Positions 6,475 to 11,744 of a DNA stretch of 11,744 nucleotides are shown here, one piece after another. The first letter of the stretch is position 1; every line of letters starts with the position of its first letter. The notes beneath the pieces are model-generated. The model had not been told where the DNA came from. It worked only from the letters and a program-made list of their open reading frames with translations, and searched no databases. Position numbers and translations under genes: made by a program. Source of the stretch: a bacterium (GTDB taxonomy: Bacteria > Zhuqueibacterota > Zhuqueibacteria > Oceanimicrobiales > Oceanimicrobiaceae); contig JBHHYI010000129.1 in assembly GCA_046757525.1 (NCBI GenBank), positions 1 to 11,744 on the forward strand. The letters are read 5' to 3'.

Positions 6475-7686
6475 CTAAAAAATCGGCATGGTAAGGTTCC
6501 CCCAGGCGTTTTCCGGGATGGGAGTGCTCACCTCCAACGGACCCTCTTCCTTTGAAGCGTCCAGCGTGACCACGGCAATGGGAAGCATCTTGGTCCCCGG
6601 TTGCAACGCTTCCTCGAAGTGGACGACTTTTCTCCACGGTTGGTAGGCCCGGGAGACAACCACCTTGAGTTTATCCTGGGGATGTCCCATCAGGCCGGAG
6701 CCTTTGTGGATTTGGGGGCGAGGCAGGAGAAAGTAACTGGCTATACGTAAAAAGCGCGACCCTTTCCGCGCTGGACGCTGTGGCCTATCCAGGCGGTAGA
6801 ACATGCCGGTCATGCCGTAATCTGCGGGTAAGGCGTGCAGGAAGAAAACCTGCTTTCCGTTCTCATCCATCTTTGACCTCACCGCTTCACCAGCGAGCAC
6901 GCGGTTCACGACCCGGGTCAGTTTCTCTTTGCCCTGAGGCCAGCAGGAAAATCCGTAGACGCCCACCTCCGGGCGGGCTACCATCTCGACGTTGGCCTGC
7001 ACCTGGCCGCGAGTCAGAAAGGCTCCCAGCACAGCTAACGCCAGCACGCTGACGTAGCAGCCAACAAAACCCAGCGCCCGAGTCGGCATCCTGGCGAAGG
7101 TGCGCCGGTAGAGCCAATCGCCAGGGCTGCCCGGCAGAAACGAACCCTTCCCCGTTGCGTAGGCCAGGTAAGTCTCAGGGTAAAGGACAGCCATGCGCCG
7201 CTCTTCGTGGGCTGCCAAAAGAAAGTAAACGAAGAGCATGGTGACGTAGAGCACCAGGAGGAAAAAGCGCGGCCAGATGGTGAGCAGCCCCCAACCGGCC
7301 ACTGCCAGCGACAGATATTGCGGGTGACGGACCAGCGCGTACAGACCGAAGCGGGCCACGCCGCGGCTAAAAATCTTTCTTCCGTAAACTTCGATGAAGG
7401 AAATCAAAAACCCCCAGATGCCCGCAGCAAAGAGAAAACGCCCGATCTCCCGCTGCCATTCCAGGACTGGACTGGTGCTCACCAGCGCGTGATTCAAGAA
7501 GAAGCCATCCAGCCAGGAAGTCACCTCCCACTGCGAGTATATATTGAGGAACGGACGAAAGAAACTGTAAAAGTATGCCGCGAAAGGGCTGATCATGATG
7601 ATGACTTCCAGGGTGGCCAGGAACCCCAACACGATGGCCGATTTCCGGACGACGGCTGCCTGGTTTTTGTGGGTTTTGCTTGCCAT
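6475..7686 (-). CDS. Isoprenylcysteine carboxylmethyltransferase (ICMT/PEMT) family membrane protein with extra C-terminal domain
   Basis: Family signature GLYALVRHPQYL, then EERRM...Y..Y, with several hydrophobic helices. About 170 aa of soluble sequence follows the last TM segment. RBS AGGAGTGGAG upstream. Confidence 0.75.
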   Translation of the reverse strand: MASKTHKNQAAVVRKSAIVLGFLATLEVIIMISPFAAYFYSFFRPFLNIYSQWEVTSWLDGFFLNHALVSTSPVLEWQREIGRFLFAAGIWGFLISFIEVYGRKIFSRGVARFGLYALVRHPQYLSLAVAGWGLLTIWPRFFLLVLYVTMLFVYFLLAAHEERRMAVLYPETYLAYATGKGSFLPGSPGDWLYRRTFARMPTRALGFVGCYVSVLALAVLGAFLTRGQVQANVEMVARPEVGVYGFSCWPQGKEKLTRVVNRVLAGEAVRSKMDENGKQVFFLHALPADYGMTGMFYRLDRPQRPARKGSRFLRIASYFLLPRPQIHKGSGLMGHPQDKLKVVVSRAYQPWRKVVHFEEALQPGTKMLPIAVVTLDASKEEGPLEVSTPIPENAWGNLTMPIF

Positions 7687-7883
7687 ATTGCTCCACTCCT
7701 TTCAGGTTTAATCAGCTTGAGTGTATTTTTCTTCAGAGTATTTAAGCTACTTCAGCTTTTGAATTTCACTCACAAAGAACTCACTTTCGGTCTGAGTAAC
7801 GGCAAAATTCATCTTGTCCTCTTTGTTTTCATGACAAAACCTTCCCTTGAATTTGTATCAACCTGCTTGTTTTACACAACCGG

Positions 7884-7912
7884 AAGATACACATAATCAT
7901 TTTTTTCTGCAA
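7884..7912 (-). promoter_or_regulatory. Candidate sigma70 promoter for the methyltransferase gene
   Basis: The minus strand reads TTGCAG (7912-7907), 17 bp spacer, TATCTT (7889-7884). Confidence 0.3.
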
Positions 7913-8012
7913 GCTCATTAGTTACAGTACCACAGTCGCCACAAGGTATGAATGCAGAGAATCACACTGCAAGTCAAATCTTATCCACTGAATTTTCTTT
8001 TCTGTCCTTTTG

Positions 8013-11000
8013 CTAATCCTTCCTCAACTGCCATTCCCGCCACAAAGTATAAATCGCCGGAATCACCACCAGAGTCAAAATGGTCGAGGTCACCATGCCA
8101 CCCACTATGGGTGCAGCAATGCGTTTCATCACGTCGGCGCCGATACCCGTAGACCACATAATCGGCAAAAGCCCTGCCATGATGGCCGTGACCGTCATCA
8201 TTTTCGGGCGCACGCGCTGGACCGCGCCTTTGATTACGGCATCGTATAAATCGCCAGGGCTCTGCATACGTCCTTGTTCTTTGTAGCGGTCGTAAAACTC
8301 ATCCAGATACACGATCATCACGACGCCAGTCTCGGCCGCAACGCCCGCCAGCGCGATGATGCCCACCCACACCGCAACACTGGTATTATAGCCTAATAGC
8401 CACAGAAACCAGATGGCTCCTACCAACGAAAAGGGCACGCAAAGCAGCACAATCAGTGTCTTGGGGATAGATTTGAAATTGAAGTAGAGCAGCAGAAAGA
8501 TAATGAACAAGGTGACTGGTACCACCAGCGTTAGTTTTTCTCGCAATCTTTGCAAGTATTTGTATTGTCCGGCCCAGGCCAGGGTGTAGCCCGGAGGAAT
8601 ATTCACGTTTTCGTAAATATACTTCTGGGCTTCGCGAACGTATTTTCCATAATCCTTTTCCTTAACATCGACAAACACGAACCCCACTTTGGAACCGTCT
8701 TCGTTGCGAATCGCTGGTGGGCCGGTGGTGGGAAAGATGTCGGCCAACTGCGTAATCGGTACTTGCGCTCCTGACGGCGTTGGCACCAGAACGCGTCGCA
8801 ATTTATTCAGATCGTCCCGTAGTTCGCGCGGATAGCGCACGTTCACCGGATAGCGCTCTTTGCCTTCGATGGTCTGGGTGATGTTCATGCCGCCGATAGC
8901 GGTTTGAATGATGTCCTGGACATCACCAACGGTTAAGCCGTACCGGGCTGCTTGCTCGCGGTTAATCTCGAAATCGACGAAATACCCGCCGGTGGTTCTT
9001 TCGGCAAAGGCGCTGCGCGTACCGGGAAACTTCAACAGTGCCTGTTCGATGTCCACGGCAATGCGCTCGATCTCCCGCAAATCGTCCCCAAAAACCTTGA
9101 TGCCCAGATTGCTGCGGATGCCGGTGGTCAACATCTCGGTGCGGGTCTGGATGGGCATCCACCAGATGTTAGCCATGCCGGGGAACTTGAGTTTTTGGTC
9201 CATTTCAGCCACAATTTTATCCCAGGTCATGCCCGGCCGCCACTGTTCTTTCGGCTTCAAAGTGATGGTGGTTTCGACCATGCTGAGCGGCGCCGGGTCC
9301 GTGGCGGTTCGGGAGCGGCCAATTTTGCCAAACACGCGCTCCACTTCAGGAAAGGTGGCCAGAATCTTGTCCTGGACATGAAGCACTCTTTTTGCTTCCG
9401 AAGCCGGCATGCCCGGAATGGAGGTCGGCATGTAGAGGATGGAACCCTCGTTGAGCGGCGGCATAAATTCACTGCCAAGCCGGTTGAAGATGGGGACCGT
9501 GGCGACCAGGAGGATAGCGGCCGCAATAATCGTGGATTTCTTGAACCGCAGCACAAATTTCACCACCGGGTTGTAAATCTTAATGAGAAAACGGTTGATA
9601 GGATTCTTAGCTTCAGGTGTTATTTTACCACGAATTAACAGAACCATCAGGACTGGGACCAGAGTTACGGACAAAAATGAGGCGAAAAACATCGAAAATG
9701 TTTTGGTAAATGCCAATGGTTTGAACAACCGGCCTTCTTGCGCTTCGAGGGTAAAGATCGGTATGAACGAGACCGTGATGATAAGGAGGGAGAAGAACAG
9801 AGGCTTTCCCACTTCCTTGGCTGCCTGGATGACAATCTCGAAGTGCTCTTTGCGTGACAGCTCTTTGCCGCCTTGCCGGGCATGCTCCAATCGCTTGTGG
9901 GAATTCTCAATCATGACGATGGCCGCGTCCACCATGGCCCCGATGGCGATAGCGATTCCACCCAGCGACATGATATTTGAGTTCAGGCTCATGTAGTACA
10001 TTGGGATAAAAGAAAACAGGATCGCAATGGGCAGCGTTAAAATGGCGACCAGCGCACTGCGGAAATGAAACAAGAAGAGCAGGCAAACCAGACTCACAAT
10101 CAGCGACTCCTCAATAAGCTTCTCTTTGAGGGTGTCGATAGCACGCTCGATAAGGTCGGAACGGTCGTAAGTTGTGACAATCTGCATTCCAGGGGGCAGT
10201 GAGGGTTTGATTTGTTCGATTTTTGCCTTCACACGTTCGATGACCTTGAGGGCGTTTTCACCATAGCGCATTACCACCACGCCGCCTACGACTTCACCCT
10301 TGCCGTCGAGTTCTGCAATCCCCCGGCGCATGTCCGGGCCCAGGTGCACGTTGGCCACGTTGCGAATGAAAATGGGCGTACCGTTGCCATCCGTTGCCAG
10401 CGCTATTTGCTCGATATCTTCTAAAGACTTGATATAGCCCCGGCCGCGCAGCATGAATTCGGTCGAAGCCATTTCAATGACCCGGCCTCCTACATCGTTA
10501 TTGCTCTCGCGGACTGCCTGAATCACGCGTTTCAAAGGAATGTTGTACGTCAGAAGTTTGTTGGGGTCGACGTCGATTTGATACTGTTTCACAAAGCCGC
10601 CAACCGAGGCTACTTCGGCGACCCCGGGTACCGCCTCAAGCCAGTACTTCAGATTCCAGTCCTGAAACGAACGCAGGTCGGCTAAATTCCAGCGCCCGGT
10701 GGTGTCCACCAGCGCATATTCAAACACCCAGCCGACGCCCGTGGCATCCGGACCGAGGGTGGGGGTTGCGCCTTGCGGAAGCTGAGCTTCGATCTCGTTC
10801 ATATATTCCAGTATCCGACTGCGCGCCCAGTACATGTCGGTGCCGTCTTCAAAAATCACATAGACAAATGACAACCCGAAGAAAGACTGCCCGCGGACGA
10901 ACTGCACTTTCGGCGCGGCCAGCAGACTGGTGACGATGGGGTAGGTGATCTGGTCTTCGATGATATCCGGACTGCGGCCGGGCCATTCGGTAAAAACGAT

Positions 11001-11141
11001 GACCTGCACGTCCGAAAGGTCCGGAATAGCATCCAGAGGATTGTTGAGCAACGCCCACACACCCCAGATAGTAGCGATTCCGACCAGCAAAAAAACTATG
11101 AGTTTGTTTTTTACGCTGGCCTCGATAAGTTTTTCGATCAT
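8013..11141 (-). CDS. cusA: CusA/SilA-type heavy-metal efflux RND permease (Cu(I)/Ag(I))
   Basis: 1042 aa. Motifs LDAIPDLSDVQVIV, EDQITYP, YWARSR, GPDATGVGWVFEYAL, GAMVDAAIV, AGVAAETG and RVRPKMMT. Methionines matching the E. coli CusA Met triad are present (YMPTS, PLSMVET, RTEMLTTG). RBS GGAG upstream. Confidence 0.95.
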   Translation of the reverse strand: MIEKLIEASVKNKLIVFLLVGIATIWGVWALLNNPLDAIPDLSDVQVIVFTEWPGRSPDIIEDQITYPIVTSLLAAPKVQFVRGQSFFGLSFVYVIFEDGTDMYWARSRILEYMNEIEAQLPQGATPTLGPDATGVGWVFEYALVDTTGRWNLADLRSFQDWNLKYWLEAVPGVAEVASVGGFVKQYQIDVDPNKLLTYNIPLKRVIQAVRESNNDVGGRVIEMASTEFMLRGRGYIKSLEDIEQIALATDGNGTPIFIRNVANVHLGPDMRRGIAELDGKGEVVGGVVVMRYGENALKVIERVKAKIEQIKPSLPPGMQIVTTYDRSDLIERAIDTLKEKLIEESLIVSLVCLLFLFHFRSALVAILTLPIAILFSFIPMYYMSLNSNIMSLGGIAIAIGAMVDAAIVMIENSHKRLEHARQGGKELSRKEHFEIVIQAAKEVGKPLFFSLLIITVSFIPIFTLEAQEGRLFKPLAFTKTFSMFFASFLSVTLVPVLMVLLIRGKITPEAKNPINRFLIKIYNPVVKFVLRFKKSTIIAAAILLVATVPIFNRLGSEFMPPLNEGSILYMPTSIPGMPASEAKRVLHVQDKILATFPEVERVFGKIGRSRTATDPAPLSMVETTITLKPKEQWRPGMTWDKIVAEMDQKLKFPGMANIWWMPIQTRTEMLTTGIRSNLGIKVFGDDLREIERIAVDIEQALLKFPGTRSAFAERTTGGYFVDFEINREQAARYGLTVGDVQDIIQTAIGGMNITQTIEGKERYPVNVRYPRELRDDLNKLRRVLVPTPSGAQVPITQLADIFPTTGPPAIRNEDGSKVGFVFVDVKEKDYGKYVREAQKYIYENVNIPPGYTLAWAGQYKYLQRLREKLTLVVPVTLFIIFLLLYFNFKSIPKTLIVLLCVPFSLVGAIWFLWLLGYNTSVAVWVGIIALAGVAAETGVVMIVYLDEFYDRYKEQGRMQSPGDLYDAVIKGAVQRVRPKMMTVTAIMAGLLPIMWSTGIGADVMKRIAAPIVGGMVTSTILTLVVIPAIYTLWREWQLRKD

Positions 11142-11162
11142 GTTTGCTTCTCCAAATTCTAT

Positions 11163-11191
11163 TTGACAATAGGGTCTGATTTGGCTATATT
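11163..11191 (+). promoter_or_regulatory. Near-consensus sigma70 promoter for the small coiled-coil genes
   Basis: TTGACA (11163-11168), 17 bp spacer, TATATT (11186-11191), 24 bp before the ATG at 11216. Confidence 0.65.
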
Positions 11192-11215
11192 ATTTTGTAT
11201 AACACAGGTTTTTTT

Positions 11216-11530
11216 ATGGGTGAGATTACGATAGACGAAAAACGCCTGGAAGAACTCATCGATAAGTCGGTGCGGAAACACCTCAAAGCCAACCTTGAAG
11301 ATATGGAGGAGGTGCGTCGCTCACCAGGCGCCGCTATCGTACGTCTGGAGACACGTGTCGAGTCGATTGAGAAGAACATGGCCACCAAGGCGGACCTGGC
11401 AAATCTCAGAAATGAAATCATCGAACGCATCGCGAAGTTAGAAACCGGCCAGAAGCTTATGTTCACGGTTTTTTTATCTATGTTCAGTGCTGTGCTTGCC
11501 ATGCTCGTCAAACTCGTTTTCTTTCCGTAA
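11216..11530 (+). CDS. Small coiled-coil protein with MATKADL motif and C-terminal TM anchor (DUF1640/CCDC90-like), copy 1
   Basis: 104 aa. Heptad-like RLETRVESIEKN-MATKADL-ANLRNEIIERIAKLE, then hydrophobic LMFTVFLSMFSAVLAMLVKLVFF. The ATG at 11216 is supported by the equivalent ATG in copy 2 and by the promoter position. Confidence 0.75.
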   Translation: MGEITIDEKRLEELIDKSVRKHLKANLEDMEEVRRSPGAAIVRLETRVESIEKNMATKADLANLRNEIIERIAKLETGQKLMFTVFLSMFSAVLAMLVKLVFFP

Positions 11531-11573
11531 TCCGCGTCCCAAGTTATGTTGTTAGTATAAAGCAAGGTATTTT

Positions 11574-11744
11574 ATGGCTGACATCACCATAGACGAAAAA
11601 CGCCTGGAAGAACTCATCGACAGGTCGGTGCGGAAACACCTCAAAGCCAACCTTGAGGATATGGAGGAGGTGCGTCGCTCACCAGGCGGCGCTATCGTAC
11701 GTCTGGAGACACGCGTCGAGTCGATTGAGAAGAACATGGCCACC
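11574..11744 (+). CDS. Tandem paralogue of the coiled-coil gene, copy 2 (3'-truncated by window end)
   Basis: Not in the ORF track. The ATG at 11574 (AAGG upstream) opens MADITIDEKRLEELIDRSVRKHLKANLEDMEEVRRSPGGAIVRLETRVESIEKNMAT, open to the end of the window. Confidence 0.8.
   Translation, partial: MADITIDEKRLEELIDRSVRKHLKANLEDMEEVRRSPGGAIVRLETRVESIEKNMAT

Larger units (their letters stand above)
11216..11744 (+). repeat. Direct gene-length duplication, period 358 bp
   Basis: 11216-11386 vs 11574-11744: 9 mismatches in 171 bp (about 95% identity), no indels. Confidence 0.95.

Noticed and set aside
7687..8012. Tiny minus-strand ORFs between cusA and the methyltransferase (21 aa MNFAVTQ..., 29 aa MSLQKK..., and a start-less frame with CGDC)
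   Set aside because: Too short, with no recognisable family. No riboswitch or ribozyme consensus was recognised here either.
100..11169. Numerous other overlapping ORFs in the six-frame track (e.g. 2405-3199, 7207-7896, 8952-9638)
   Set aside because: They are antisense or alternate-frame shadows of well-supported genes and show no recognisable motifs.
11185..11743. Minus-strand ORFs 11185-11565 and 11552-11743
   Set aside because: Antisense shadows of the duplicated genes. The promoter, matching ATG starts and coiled-coil/TM character support the + strand.

Overview
Bacterial chromosomal window of about 50-55% GC by eye, with no RNA genes, CRISPR array or transposase that I can recognise. 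From left to right it holds: a stand-alone GHKL (MORC/HSP90-like) ATPase (+); a convergent 1-pyrroline-5-carboxylate dehydrogenase pruA/rocA (-); a ~520 bp intergenic region carrying a 334 bp nest of at least five concentric inverted repeats with a dRS3-like core; an spmA-spmB membrane protein pair (+); a sensor-less hybrid histidine kinase/receiver whose H-box reads H-K instead of H-D/E (-); an ICMT/PEMT-family membrane methyltransferase with an extra C-terminal domain (-); a Cu(I)/Ag(I)-type CusA RND pump (-); and a divergent, recently duplicated pair of small 'MATKADL' coiled-coil genes (+), the second cut by the window end. The coiled-coil pair sits where cusB would normally be. The most unusual items are the nested palindromic element, the duplicated coiled-coil genes at the cusA 5' end, the degenerate kinase and the orphan MORC-like ATPase. 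All family assignments come from motif recognition by eye; no database searches were run.
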